Source: a virus
UHGV virus genome: UHGV-0070243
Direction: 5' to 3' (one strand)
Length of the DNA: 41,024 nucleotides
This document shows positions 1-8,930 of the stretch, piece by piece. A program made the translations under genes and the position numbers. How positions within the stretch are numbered: position 1 is the stretch's first letter; the number at the start of each line of letters is the position of its first letter. The notes under the pieces are model-generated. The model had not been told where the DNA came from and did no database searches. It saw nothing but the letters and a program-made list of their open reading frames with translations.

Positions 1-151
1 TCATCATTGTAAATAATTAAATTAACTTCCATAACATTAAAATATGTATTCACTGACGCTTTTTTACATAACGAAGAATTGACCATTTTGTCCTGTTGTG
101 CCTTAATGTAAGTACCGTCCACGGCGTGGGACATACTTCAAGGAACCTTTT

Positions 152-343
152 GTGAGTCAGGCAACCAGTATGCGAAAACGACACCGATTTAACAGTCGCA
201 TGACCCGTATCGTACTGCTCATCAGCTTTATCTTCTTCTTTGGCTGTTTTATCTACTCGTCCGTCGGTGCCTGGCAGCACCATCAGAGCAAAAAAGAAGC
301 TCAGCAATCCACACTCTCCGTCGAATCACCGGTACAACGTTAG
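152..343 (+). CDS. yfgG: small membrane protein, YfgG-like (63 aa); probable host gene
   Basis: ORF track; single hydrophobic helix (IVLLISFIFFFGCFIY); recalled as E. coli YfgG; lies upstream of YfgH/YfgI-like genes on the same strand. Confidence 0.45.
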   Translation: MSQATSMRKRHRFNSRMTRIVLLISFIFFFGCFIYSSVGAWQHHQSKKEAQQSTLSVESPVQR

Positions 344-653
344 CGGTTACCTTCTCCACTCTCACAGAACATAACGGCACCTCGCTGTCGGATGCTTTTG
401 CTCTTTGAAATTATCAAAGCGGCAGATATTCTTTCATCTTAAATTTTACGTCTTTGTTCTGACTGAAATTCATCCTGTTCGGCTGCGAAATAAATACATC
501 ATTAATACATATGTTGTGATGATGTATTTTTATAAATTATTTCCCACATGAATTTTAATAAATTTAATCTATTCCTTTATACGCAATACATTTACTTTCC
601 TCTTTTGATGATCTTAAATGTCTTATTTTTCGTAATGTGTATAACAAGGAATA

Positions 654-1172
654 GTGATGAAATTTAAAAAATGTCTTCTGCCCGTGGCAATGTTAGCGTC
701 ATTCACTCTGGCAGGATGCCAGTCAAATGCTGATGATCATGCCGCCGATGTTTATCAAACCGATCAACTGAATACCAAACAAGAAACTAAAACCGTTAAT
801 ATTATTTCCATTCTTCCCGCAAAAGTTGCCGTAGACAACGCCCAAAATAAACGGAACGCACAAGCCTTCGGCGCGCTTATTGGCGCTGTCGCTGGCGGTG
901 TTATCGGCCACAACGTCGGGTCTGGCAGCAATTCCGGAACGACGGCAGGTGCAGTTGGCGGCGGAGCTGTAGGCGCGGCAGCGGGTTCTATGGTGAATGA
1001 TAAAACCTTAGTGGAAGGTGTTTCTTTAACATATAAGGAAGGCACCAAAGTGTATACCTCCACCCAGGTGGGTAAAGAGTGCCAGTTTACGACAGGTTTA
1101 GCCGTTGTTATTACCACGACGTATAACGAAACGCGTATTCAGCCAAATACCAAATGTCCTGAAAAGAGCTAA
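654..1172 (+). CDS. yfgH: glycine-zipper lipoprotein, YfgH-like (172 aa); probable host gene
   Basis: signal peptide with lipobox LAGC; Gly-zipper run GALIGAVAGGVIGHNVGSG typical of SlyB/Pcp-type lipoproteins; RBS GGAATAG before ATG. Confidence 0.65.
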   Translation: MMKFKKCLLPVAMLASFTLAGCQSNADDHAADVYQTDQLNTKQETKTVNIISILPAKVAVDNAQNKRNAQAFGALIGAVAGGVIGHNVGSGSNSGTTAGAVGGGAVGAAAGSMVNDKTLVEGVSLTYKEGTKVYTSTQVGKECQFTTGLAVVITTTYNETRIQPNTKCPEKS

Positions 1173-1187
1173 TAATCAGGAGGAGTC

Positions 1188-1727
1188 ATGAAGAAAGTTT
1201 TTCTTTGCGCCATCTTAGCCTCCTTAAGCTATCCGGCTATCGCCTCATCATTGCAGGATCAACTCTCGGCTGTCGCAGAAGCGGAACAGCAAGGTAAAAA
1301 TGAAGAGCAAAGGCAGCATGACGAATGGGTCGCGGAGCGCAACAGGGAAATCCAGCAAGAGAAGCAACGTCGCGCAAACGCCCAGGCCGCGGCTAATAAA
1401 AGAGCGGCAACGGCAGCAGCGAATAAGAAAGCTCGTCAGGATAAACTGGACGCCGAAGCCACTGCGGACAAAAAACGCGATCAAAGTTATGAAGATGAGC
1501 TACGTAGCTTAGAGATTCAGAAACAAAAACTGGCGCTGGCGAAAGAAGAAGCCCGCGTTAAGCGCGAAAACGAATTTATCGATCAGGAACTGAAGCACAA
1601 AGCTGCGCAAACCGATGTGGTGCAATCTGAAGCTGACGCAAACAGAAATATGACTGAAGGCGGTCGCGATCTGATGAAAAGCGTGGGTAAAGCAGAAGAG
1701 AATAAATCAGATAGCTGGTTTAACTAA
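1188..1727 (+). CDS. yfgI: secreted coiled-coil protein, YfgI-like (179 aa); probable host gene
   Basis: signal peptide MKKVFLCAILASLSYPAIA; charged coiled-coil body; RBS AGGAGG 6 nt before ATG; followed by terminator. Confidence 0.6.
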   Translation: MKKVFLCAILASLSYPAIASSLQDQLSAVAEAEQQGKNEEQRQHDEWVAERNREIQQEKQRRANAQAAANKRAATAAANKKARQDKLDAEATADKKRDQSYEDELRSLEIQKQKLALAKEEARVKRENEFIDQELKHKAAQTDVVQSEADANRNMTEGGRDLMKSVGKAEENKSDSWFN

Positions 1728-1765
1728 ACGATGTTAGTAACTTCAAACCTATAATTCTTTAGGAT

Positions 1766-1798
1766 AAAAAACCCTCTGTAGTAACAGAGGGTTTTGTT
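1766..1798. terminator. bidirectional rho-independent terminator between host genes and prophage lysis operon
   Basis: A6 - CCCTCTG - tagtaa - CAGAGGG - TTTTGTT; hairpin flanked by A-run on one side and T-run on the other, so it works on both strands. Confidence 0.65.
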
Positions 1799-1921
1799 CA
1801 TTCATAGTGCAGGGTCAAATCATTCCCACTCAATTATTTACGATAACCATAACCAATTGAATGATAACATTTTTCCAAATCTCAATTTTTCCCGTACCGT
1901 TTTATATACCGTCACCGGAAA

Positions 1922-2419
1922 TCAGTGCCACGATTTTTGCTTCTTCAGTGAATCGTATTGCTGCTCGCAGAATTCCCCTGCGATACGATACTTTTCAGCC
2001 TCAGCTGCTGTTGCGTTGTAAACTCGGTTGCTTTCTTCAAGCATGTCGGCGAGCACACCGATGACCTTGCTGGCTGGCGTGCCAGGGGGGAAAGATCCGG
2101 TATAGTGTTCGGCGAGCCGCCTGGTTTTGTCAAGCTCGGCGCGCATGCTGTCAGCAGCGGAATTAGCATACTCAGCATCAGCACGCGCCGCATCGATACG
2201 GGATTGTGCTTCACGTTCAATTTGTGTTTTCTCCTGCTCACGCTGTGACCTTAACTTATCATCAGCCTGTTTCTGATCTTCCTTCGCCTGCGCATACCCG
2301 GCATCGTACTGACGGATGCCGTGCACATTCCAGGCAACAACTCCTGATATGACCAGAACAGCAAGCATCGCCACGATAAGTAACTGTTTACGGTATGCTT
2401 TTACAAATGCCCAGATCAT
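1922..2419 (-). CDS. Rz-like i-spanin (165 aa)
   Basis: N-terminal TM helix then charged coiled-coil periplasmic domain; start ATG overlaps endolysin stop (ATGA); last gene of lysis cassette. Confidence 0.75.
   Translation of the reverse strand: MIWAFVKAYRKQLLIVAMLAVLVISGVVAWNVHGIRQYDAGYAQAKEDQKQADDKLRSQREQEKTQIEREAQSRIDAARADAEYANSAADSMRAELDKTRRLAEHYTGSFPPGTPASKVIGVLADMLEESNRVYNATAAEAEKYRIAGEFCEQQYDSLKKQKSWH
1945..2193 (-). CDS. Rz1-like o-spanin lipoprotein embedded in Rz in another frame
   Basis: internal ATG at 2191-2193 gives [17 protein letters not shown]... with lipobox LTAC and Pro-rich mature part; classic Rz/Rz1 embedded architecture. Confidence 0.5.
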   Translation of the reverse strand: MRRVLMLSMLIPLLTACAPSLTKPGGSPNTIPDLSPLARQPARSSVCSPTCLKKATEFTTQQQLRLKSIVSQGNSASSNTIH

Positions 2420-3045
2420 ACCGCCAGTACCTTACTTGCTGTGATGTACCGCGCACGCCGGTCGTCGATACCGTTTCTGCCACCATTGATAATCAGAGTT
2501 ACACGTGCAATATCGCCGGTATACTTCATGCATCCTTTGCTGGCGAAGAACCACGCCGCGCTACGAGCCGCATATTCGTCCTGCGCCAGCAGTTCAGGGC
2601 TCTCCAGCAGGTCAACCTTCAGACCGTTTCCGCAATCACGATAGTTATTCAAACCGGTAATCTGGATAAGTCCGCGCCCTCGGTAATTCCAGCCATCACC
2701 AGGGGCATTGTTCCCCATGCGTTTGCTGTATACCAGATTTGCGATCGCGCGCTGGCGCTCAAGTGGCAATGGTGGTTCACCAGCACGGCGCCCCAGTGCA
2801 TTAGCCTGCCCCTGAGTGAGACGCCCAGCCCGAACGAAGTTAGCCAGTCCGCTGACACTGTAGTTGAAATTCTCCTGCAACCTGGTGAAGCCCCCAGACT
2901 CATGCCCGACTTGAGCAATAAACATTGCCTGATCTTCTGCTTTGCTGATACCAAACTCTTTCATCGCAGAAGTTATATGCGAGAACCAGCGTGCGGCCAG
3001 TGCCTCGCTGATACCAGCAGCTCGCTGGAATTGTTTAATCTCCAT
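2416..3045 (-). CDS. endolysin, glycoside hydrolase family 19 (chitinase-like lysozyme), about 209 aa
   Basis: internal start MEIKQF... with GAGG RBS; motifs [10 protein letters not shown] and [11 protein letters not shown] recalled as GH19 phage endolysin signatures; ORF-track ORF 2416..3210 trimmed to ATG at 3045. Confidence 0.8.
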   Translation of the reverse strand: MEIKQFQRAAGISEALAARWFSHITSAMKEFGISKAEDQAMFIAQVGHESGGFTRLQENFNYSVSGLANFVRAGRLTQGQANALGRRAGEPPLPLERQRAIANLVYSKRMGNNAPGDGWNYRGRGLIQITGLNNYRDCGNGLKVDLLESPELLAQDEYAARSAAWFFASKGCMKYTGDIARVTLIINGGRNGIDDRRARYITASKVLAV

Positions 3046-3343
3046 GTTTAGACCTCGATACTTTAAAAATTTGAACGACGTTACCGCGCGTTTTAATAAC
3101 CGCAGCCAGCATGACAGCGTTGATAATGACCTCAGATAAATCCACAGCCATTGGCGTACGTAACCAGATTGCATAGGCGACTCGAACAGGAATACTGGCC
3201 GCAGCAACAATCAGGAAATAAGCAAGCCATCCTCCCCACCTTCGATGTTGAGAGCCGTTACGCCGGAATGTGACAACGCGAATTGCTATGCCAGTGCAAA
3301 TAACTGCATTGGTGATAAGCAAAAAAAACTCATGCGTTACCAT
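3035..3343 (-). CDS. holin/antiholin-like small membrane protein (102 aa)
   Basis: three hydrophobic segments; overlaps endolysin start by 11 nt; sits between holin candidate and endolysin. Confidence 0.5.
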   Translation of the reverse strand: MVTHEFFLLITNAVICTGIAIRVVTFRRNGSQHRRWGGWLAYFLIVAAASIPVRVAYAIWLRTPMAVDLSEVIINAVMLAAVIKTRGNVVQIFKVSRSKHGD

Positions 3344-3734
3344 CGTCTTTTCTCCCCGGAATTAACTCGCGTGGATTATCGGAACGGTGATAGAGCCATA
3401 TACCAATACGCACAGCGACAATTGCTGACACGAATGCGCCTGCAGAGAAAACAATCCCTTTTTCAAAAGAGTCCTGCGTGATGGTAGGGATCAGGCTGGC
3501 TATGCCGATAAGAATTGATGCTGCTGGTTTGTAAAAGAGAAGGCCACAAAGAAAGCTGAGCATCGAAAGGAGCACCCGGCGACGGATGGGGTACTCTACT
3601 GCAGAGGTAACAAAAATTACCGCCCCAGCCAAAGCCCCTAAAGCAACCTCCGGAGGGACACCTGCAATAACCGCAGCAAGAGAACCAAAACTAAGCAACT
3701 GATTTAATTGCTCACTTGTTACTTGAGCAGACAT
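3330..3734 (-). CDS. holin-like membrane protein (134 aa)
   Basis: multiple TM helices, charged C-terminus; first gene of lysis cassette; overlaps next gene by 14 nt. Confidence 0.55.
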   Translation of the reverse strand: MSAQVTSEQLNQLLSFGSLAAVIAGVPPEVALGALAGAVIFVTSAVEYPIRRRVLLSMLSFLCGLLFYKPAASILIGIASLIPTITQDSFEKGIVFSAGAFVSAIVAVRIGIWLYHRSDNPRELIPGRKDDGNA

Positions 3735-4015
3735 ACTTTCTCCTGTTTACTATCTATAAGCCAGTCAATTATTGATGACTAACCCCGCATAGTAAACCAT
3801 ATATGAATCATTATTGTTCCATATCATATATCTCAATAAAAGTACTAATGATTTTACAGAACGAGCCAGCAGAGTGAGGGCAGTTGTACAGGAACCATAG
3901 ACTTAATTTTGTATTTAATAATGCTATGGTGTAATAAACCTGAACATGTATTTAAAATACGTACTGATTCATGATAGAATTCAAGGATAACTTTTCACAA
4001 ACTCCGTTTTTGATA

Positions 4016-4042
4016 CCCGCAAAATATTGCGGGCTTTTTTTT
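4016..4042. terminator. hairpin CCCGCAA-aata-TTGCGGG followed by T8 on the plus strand; abuts the tail spike stop codon
   Basis: 7-bp stem, 4-nt loop; T-run only on plus strand and A-run before it, so strand of action is ambiguous. Confidence 0.4.
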
Positions 4043-7000
4043 AACGTTCTTCCAGAGACTGAATCCGCTCTTTTATCTTATCCATTTCTCTGCGCTGCCA
4101 TGCTGCCTCGATATAGAATAAGAGATCAGGTCTGACCCCCCATCTAGATCCTGCTGGCGTTATTTCAACGCGCTCAATGATGTCTTCCATTACCATCACT
4201 GGATTATCATCCTCATCAACAATGATGCTCCCGTCATTATCAGTCAGTGGCATTTCCCTTTGGCCAGTAATGACGTCATCATATACTGCGGGATAATCGT
4301 CATAGCAAAGAAACGCATAGCGGCATGTTGTGCTTTCTTCTTCCATGAGTCCGTGAGAAATAAGAACATCACGAAGTTGCTGCGCGATTACACCATGATG
4401 TATCCTCGCCCCTTCTTCCCCCTTTATAGCGACAGCGTTCAGCCATTTATAAGCGATATACCTGACGTCACCCCAGGCATCCAGCAATGCTTCGTCAGGA
4501 GAGACCGGCTCTGTCTTTAATGTTCCGTCACTGGTAACCACAGGATTGGAGCCAAGATAAACTGTCGAGAACCTGTTTCCCGGACCACCAAGAGCATTTA
4601 CATTATCAAGATAAGGTTTAACATCTCCGTTCTCAAAAAGATGTTCGAGTGCGTTATATACCGCGCGACGTGGAGTACTGCTTCCGGAACCATGCAACGT
4701 TATCATTGCACCATCTGCTGAAGACGTTGTTTCACCGCCGCTAACGATTAATCTCTGAGCGGTAACATCATCAGACGGTACTTTCTTCGCAATAATGGCG
4801 TAATTACCCTCAAGTTTGACTTCCGCGCGAACTTGTCCTGATGTACCTGCATGGACAGTCAGTGACTGGACGGCAACATCATCTGTGAAATCAACGGGTA
4901 CAGGAACCGTCCTCACGCCTGACGTCGACATAAAAGTAGGAAGCGTTCTGTTAGGAGTGGCTCCGTAGACAAAATCCCTTGAAACAAATTCTTCCTGTTT
5001 AATTTTCACCCTGAAACAATACAAATCAGCCGGGTGACCATCGTGAACATAAGGATATTTTCTGTTGTTATCCCCTATGCTCCATGGGTTTAGAAAGTCT
5101 TCCCCACCGAAAATGTAGTACAGCCAGTTGTCTTTGATACAAACTGAACCAACACCAACCGCAGAGTTAACTATTCCGCCCTGATAAATCTGATCAGTAA
5201 CATTAACCCACTCTACATTATCCAGACTCCACTCATTGACGTTAACTCTGGTCATAAATGTTCTTGGATAATTTCCTGCATAACGGTTATCAGGTTCTCC
5301 TCCTTCCCACTCACCAAATGCGCGCTCACTGCCAAAAATAATCAGCTCATCGCCAACTTTGGCAAAAGGAAGGTTTGAGTGATGAACATTATTTGGGAAG
5401 CGAAGAGAATTCCATGATGTACCTAAATCAGAGCTTCTGTGCAATGAACTACCGGGTTGAGTACTTAATGTCCCCCTGGTCGTCAGATACAGAATGCCAT
5501 CATAATATTTTACACATGGCTCAGATGCATTCGCCTCATATTCTGCAGGTATGCGTCTGCGAACAAAGCTACCAGGAGAACCGAAAGCATCAGAGAAATA
5601 GAGTATCCCAAGCTCGCGTGGACCAATATCACCATTATGGTAGCCAACAGCAAAACTGTTATCGCTAATCGTCGCAAAACTGTGAATCTCAGTAACAGGA
5701 GTGCTTCCGTCAACAAAAGAAGGAATAGTTCCAAGACTGGTTTTTCTCCATGGTGACGAGTGAAATGATGTACCAAAACTCCAGTATCTACCCTCGTTAT
5801 TCTGATCCACATCCTGGGTATTTTGCGTCGTAACTGTAAAAGTATTTTTATCAATAACAGTAGTCACCGTCATATTCCCGGTAACACCTGTAACACCAGA
5901 GTTTGAGAAGTTGACAAAATCACCAGCAAATAATCCGTGATCAGTAATGCGAATATAAGCGACTTGCTGATTTGCTGCTTTCGTTATACCACCATAAACG
6001 CGAAGGCTGCGACTCATTGGGCGATCCCACAACTCTGCAACCTGCAGTTTATTTCCGCTCACGGTCCGCGTCTCAATTACAGCAAAAAGGCGATTTCTGA
6101 CAACCCCCATACTCATGCAGTGATAGTTAACTGTGGGATAGTTTTCATGTAAATCTGTAAGCCATTCCGGCGTTGTCCAGGTCTTCCCGTCATCTCCTGA
6201 GCGAACCCATGCAACATGGAGGTTATTTACACCATGGCGGTCTCCAGCCATAAAAGGCGCATAGATGACATTGTCATATACAAACGTTTTATCCTGCGTC
6301 CAGGCGTTGTACCACGGTGTATCTGTAATTTTAAATAACTCTCCCTGGATAAAATCTTCAGAAGCATAAAAAAGAGGCTGACCCGGTATTCTCTCAAATA
6401 AAAAACGAGCATTTTTAAATCGGCTGACATCCGGAAGAGTTGATACTTTAAAAGTAAGCCCTAATCCGTCAATTTTATAACCTGGAGATGAGGCTTCAAG
6501 GCACGCGCTTATTGCAGTGGAATCGTCATTTATACCATCACCAACAGCTCCAAAATCTTTGGGGCTAATAGCATCACGCATTTTATCCTGGAACGTTCGG
6601 TACACAGCCCCAGAACCATACTGAATAAACCAACCAAAACCACCAACAACCCCGGCGATTGCAGCATCGACATAATTACGCATTGAGCGATTATTTACAG
6701 CGTCCTGTTCAAGTGATGGATCTGCAAGGTTAGAAATTTTGTTTTGCTTTGCATCGTAATATTTTGCAAGCAAAGATGGTTTCATCAATGCACGTCTGAA
6801 CCACCCAAAACATTGCTGGATCAGCATCGTCAGGTAGTCAAAAGCATCTTCATGCACTTCGGGGAAAAATTTTCCCTGATTGCGAAGGTCTGTCTCCTGC
6901 ACTACATCAAGCACACGATCTATCGTAATTCGCCATCCAGTAGCAAGCGGCGACGGAAGAACCACAGAACCGCCACTATAAGTTCCCGCCCCAGTTACCG

Positions 7001-7160
7001 TATAACCGGTATCCAGAACCAATTCTGTTACGTTCCCGTTCAGGTCAGACACCTGAACAACCAGGTCTGATTTTCTGAAAATTCGAAAAGTATACGGAAA
7101 CGATGTCGTAACGCCGTTACCTGTGTATTCGTTGTGGTCAACTTCGGTTGAGACCGTCAT
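4041..7160 (-). CDS. tail fibre/tailspike (1039 aa): T7 gp17-like N-terminal virion-binding domain, Asp-box beta-propeller, C-terminal intramolecular chaperone (S74-like) domain; candidate endosialidase-type depolymerase
   Basis: N-terminus EYTGNGVTTSFPYTF...VVQV resembles the T7 tail-fibre N-domain (memory); two Asp-boxes SGDDGKTW and SSDLGTSW; C-terminal region LDNVNALGGPGNRFSTVYLGS...RWGVRPDLLFYIEAAWQRRE resembles the auto-cleaving chaperone of endosialidases and long tail fibres. Confidence 0.8.
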   Translation of the reverse strand: MTVSTEVDHNEYTGNGVTTSFPYTFRIFRKSDLVVQVSDLNGNVTELVLDTGYTVTGAGTYSGGSVVLPSPLATGWRITIDRVLDVVQETDLRNQGKFFPEVHEDAFDYLTMLIQQCFGWFRRALMKPSLLAKYYDAKQNKISNLADPSLEQDAVNNRSMRNYVDAAIAGVVGGFGWFIQYGSGAVYRTFQDKMRDAISPKDFGAVGDGINDDSTAISACLEASSPGYKIDGLGLTFKVSTLPDVSRFKNARFLFERIPGQPLFYASEDFIQGELFKITDTPWYNAWTQDKTFVYDNVIYAPFMAGDRHGVNNLHVAWVRSGDDGKTWTTPEWLTDLHENYPTVNYHCMSMGVVRNRLFAVIETRTVSGNKLQVAELWDRPMSRSLRVYGGITKAANQQVAYIRITDHGLFAGDFVNFSNSGVTGVTGNMTVTTVIDKNTFTVTTQNTQDVDQNNEGRYWSFGTSFHSSPWRKTSLGTIPSFVDGSTPVTEIHSFATISDNSFAVGYHNGDIGPRELGILYFSDAFGSPGSFVRRRIPAEYEANASEPCVKYYDGILYLTTRGTLSTQPGSSLHRSSDLGTSWNSLRFPNNVHHSNLPFAKVGDELIIFGSERAFGEWEGGEPDNRYAGNYPRTFMTRVNVNEWSLDNVEWVNVTDQIYQGGIVNSAVGVGSVCIKDNWLYYIFGGEDFLNPWSIGDNNRKYPYVHDGHPADLYCFRVKIKQEEFVSRDFVYGATPNRTLPTFMSTSGVRTVPVPVDFTDDVAVQSLTVHAGTSGQVRAEVKLEGNYAIIAKKVPSDDVTAQRLIVSGGETTSSADGAMITLHGSGSSTPRRAVYNALEHLFENGDVKPYLDNVNALGGPGNRFSTVYLGSNPVVTSDGTLKTEPVSPDEALLDAWGDVRYIAYKWLNAVAIKGEEGARIHHGVIAQQLRDVLISHGLMEEESTTCRYAFLCYDDYPAVYDDVITGQREMPLTDNDGSIIVDEDDNPVMVMEDIIERVEITPAGSRWGVRPDLLFYIEAAWQRREMDKIKERIQSLEER

Positions 7161-7264
7161 GTTAAATCTCCAGATAGTCGCAGCACCCGTTGCGCCGCAT
7201 ATCTGGTTATTCTATTACCTGAAAAACCACATATGGATAGAAAGACTGTGAATACGAATAGATA

Positions 7265-7279
7265 TTACCTTTCAGGTAA
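7265..7279. promoter_or_regulatory. operator-like palindrome TTACCtttcaGGTAA
   Basis: perfect inverted repeat TTACC-N5-GGTAA; same 16-mer ATTACCTTTCAGGTAA recurs at 27563-27578. Confidence 0.6.
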
Positions 7280-7318
7280 TTTGCAAAACGTGCTGGATAG
7301 CAAACAAATTATTTGCTA

Positions 7319-7334
7319 CTGTATAAATATACAG
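7319..7334. promoter_or_regulatory. LexA (SOS) box CTGTATAAATATACAG
   Basis: matches CTGT-N8-ACAG with AT-rich centre (TACTGTATAAATATACAGTT); 8 nt upstream of ATG at 7342. Confidence 0.7.
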
Positions 7335-7341
7335 TTATTGC

Positions 7342-7614
7342 ATGGAGAAGATTAAGATGCAGCAGTATCACTATCCACTGGAAGACGGATTTACCGAAAG
7401 GATTCACACGCCGGGAGGCGTCAGGTCACTGGTGGAGGGATCGCACTTGATGAAATTACTCCGGGATCTCGATAAGGATGGATTTAATGTCGATGGCCCA
7501 CTTGCCGAACTGACTGCACTGATTAACTACGTCACCAGCTCGCAGATGTCTATGCAGGATCTGCAAACACATCTCGACTATTGTGCCGAACAATTACGAA
7601 AACAAACCAGATAA
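7342..7614 (+). CDS. stand-alone antirepressor C-terminal (ANT/KilA-C-like) domain protein (90 aa), probably SOS-inducible
   Basis: aligns by eye with the shared C-terminal domain of both antirepressors (PL..G...P.GV..L.E.S.LM.LL..L..DG..V.G..AELT...Y....D.QTH..Y); LexA box immediately upstream. Confidence 0.55.
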   Translation: MEKIKMQQYHYPLEDGFTERIHTPGGVRSLVEGSHLMKLLRDLDKDGFNVDGPLAELTALINYVTSSQMSMQDLQTHLDYCAEQLRKQTR

Positions 7615-7645
7615 GGTTTGAAATTACCAAATGGAGTGCTTATAT

Positions 7646-7660
7646 TTACCTTTGCGGTAA
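7646..7660. promoter_or_regulatory. operator-like palindrome TTACCtttgcGGTAA (extended ATTTACC...GGTAAAT)
   Basis: perfect TTACC-N5-GGTAA in the structured leader upstream of the Bro-N antirepressor. Confidence 0.6.
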
Positions 7661-7926
7661 ATTTACATCGCACTCCTCTTGTGCCATAGTAATCGGGCAC
7701 TGGCAAAATCCAGTGCCGGGATTGGCGTCCCGGGTTACTACAGAGGCACATATGCCGCATAAGCGGTTTTTTTATGTGTAAAGCGCACCTATTCTATGGT
7801 GGGCTGTGTGGGGGCACCGAAAGGTGCGCCGGGTCCTTTGTAGCCGGTTACGCCAACCCTGCACAGTTCACCACCAACCGATTGGCGTCGGTAGTGGTGA
7901 TTAACCTAACTACAAAGGTGATCACT

Positions 7927-8613
7927 ATGACTGCTAACGTAACCCCATCTGTTTTTCATTTTGAATCAGAAGCAACCATTCGAGCCATTGTTATTGATGG
8001 AAATCCTTGGTTTGTTGCCAAAGACGTTATTAAAGCTCTTCAACTGACAAACCCCACTATGTCAATAAAATCTCTTGATGATGATGAAAGGGCTAAATTT
8101 AACTTAGGCCGTCAAGGCGAAACCAATATTATCAACGAGTCAGGCCTCTACACACTGATCCTCCGCTGCCGCGACGCAGTGACACCAGGCACTATCCCCT
8201 ACCGCTTTCGTAAATGGGTTACAGGTGAGGTTCTTCCTCAGATCCGCCGCACCGGAAGTTACATTAAAAACTCGCTCCCGCAGGAAGAACGCATAAAGAT
8301 GGTTGCCGACCAGGTAGCCAACGCCACAGCATCAGCAGTGATGCAGGCAATGAAGATAGAGAACAAAACCTACAGTGCCCCGCTGAAGCCCGGCTACCGC
8401 AGTCTGATTCATTCGCCGTCGGGTGTTCTCGGCCTGACGGAGCACTCACTGCTGATGAATCTGCTGAACCAGTTACAGGAAGACGGGCATGACGTATCGG
8501 GCGCGGCGGCGGAGCTGACCACCATGTTCTGCTACATCGTCGGTGTGAGCAAATGCCTGCGTGATATCCAGACGCACGCGGAGTACATCAACGACAAGGC
8601 TGGGTTCTTCTGA
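7927..8613 (+). CDS. antirepressor, Bro-N domain + ANT/KilA-C C-terminal domain (228 aa)
   Basis: Bro-N signature FHFESEATIRAIVIDGNPWFVAKDVIKAL...ESGLYTLILRCRDA...RFRKWVTGEVLPQIRRTGSY; RBS AAGGTGA; ORF 7774..8613 trimmed to ATG 7927. Confidence 0.8.
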   Translation: MTANVTPSVFHFESEATIRAIVIDGNPWFVAKDVIKALQLTNPTMSIKSLDDDERAKFNLGRQGETNIINESGLYTLILRCRDAVTPGTIPYRFRKWVTGEVLPQIRRTGSYIKNSLPQEERIKMVADQVANATASAVMQAMKIENKTYSAPLKPGYRSLIHSPSGVLGLTEHSLLMNLLNQLQEDGHDVSGAAAELTTMFCYIVGVSKCLRDIQTHAEYINDKAGFF

Positions 8614-8638
8614 CGGGCGGCGGCACAGGGATGTGCTT
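8380..8638 (+). repeat. left arm of about 258-bp inverted repeat (about 93 percent identical to 10099..10356 on the other strand)
   Basis: encodes the near-identical last 78 aa of both antirepressors plus about 25 bp of 3' flank (shared GGCACAGGGATGTGC). Confidence 0.8.
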
Positions 8639-8679
8639 CTGACATAATCATTTGCGGTGTGATGTAGATTCACGTAAGA

Positions 8680-8694
8680 TTACCTTAAAGGTAA
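8680..8694. promoter_or_regulatory. operator-like palindrome TTACCttaaaGGTAA
   Basis: perfect TTACC-N5-GGTAA 26 nt upstream of the 8721 start. Confidence 0.6.
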
Positions 8695-8720
8695 ACCATG
8701 GGTTTACATGAGGAGGAGAT

Positions 8721-8930
8721 ATGGGATTTTGGTTCGCTCGTACAAAAACGAGGGATAATGCACCCAGCCCTCAGGCAAAAAATGCAGAAGTTCCGGCGTC
8801 AGCGCAGGTTAACAAGCGTGGTGGAGTATATATCTCATCACAGCAAATTTCTGAGCTTCCTGAGGTTAAGGAGATGCGTCGTCTCGCTGCTGCAATTGTT
8901 AAACAGGATCTTGCCACTGTAAGGAAATAG
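8721..8930 (+). CDS. hypothetical small soluble protein (69 aa), first gene of two-gene cargo operon
   Basis: strong SD GAGGAGGAG 4 nt before ATG; stop TAG overlaps GTG start of next gene by 1 nt; preferred over alternative-frame ORF 8698..8922. Confidence 0.5.
   Translation: MGFWFARTKTRDNAPSPQAKNAEVPASAQVNKRGGVYISSQQISELPEVKEMRRLAAAIVKQDLATVRK

Noticed and set aside
50-307. Minus-strand 85-aa ORF overlapping the yfgG-like gene
   Set aside because: Antisense to a better-supported gene, with no RBS and odd composition; treated as a frame shadow.
2395-3051. Plus-strand 218-aa ORF antisense to the endolysin
   Set aside because: Entirely overlaps the GH19 endolysin on the other strand; composition is Ser/Arg/Leu-rich shadow-frame.
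8654-8672. CRP-like inverted repeat GTGA-N7-TCAC upstream of the cargo operon
   Set aside because: Spacer length and half-sites do not fit the TGTGA-N6-TCACA consensus; too weak to call.
8698-8922. Alternative-frame 74-aa ORF starting at the first ATG after the 8680 operator site
   Set aside because: The overlapping 8721..8930 frame has a much stronger SD (GAGGAGGAG) and is translationally coupled to the downstream gene; the 8698 frame is Arg/Leu-rich like an out-of-frame product.
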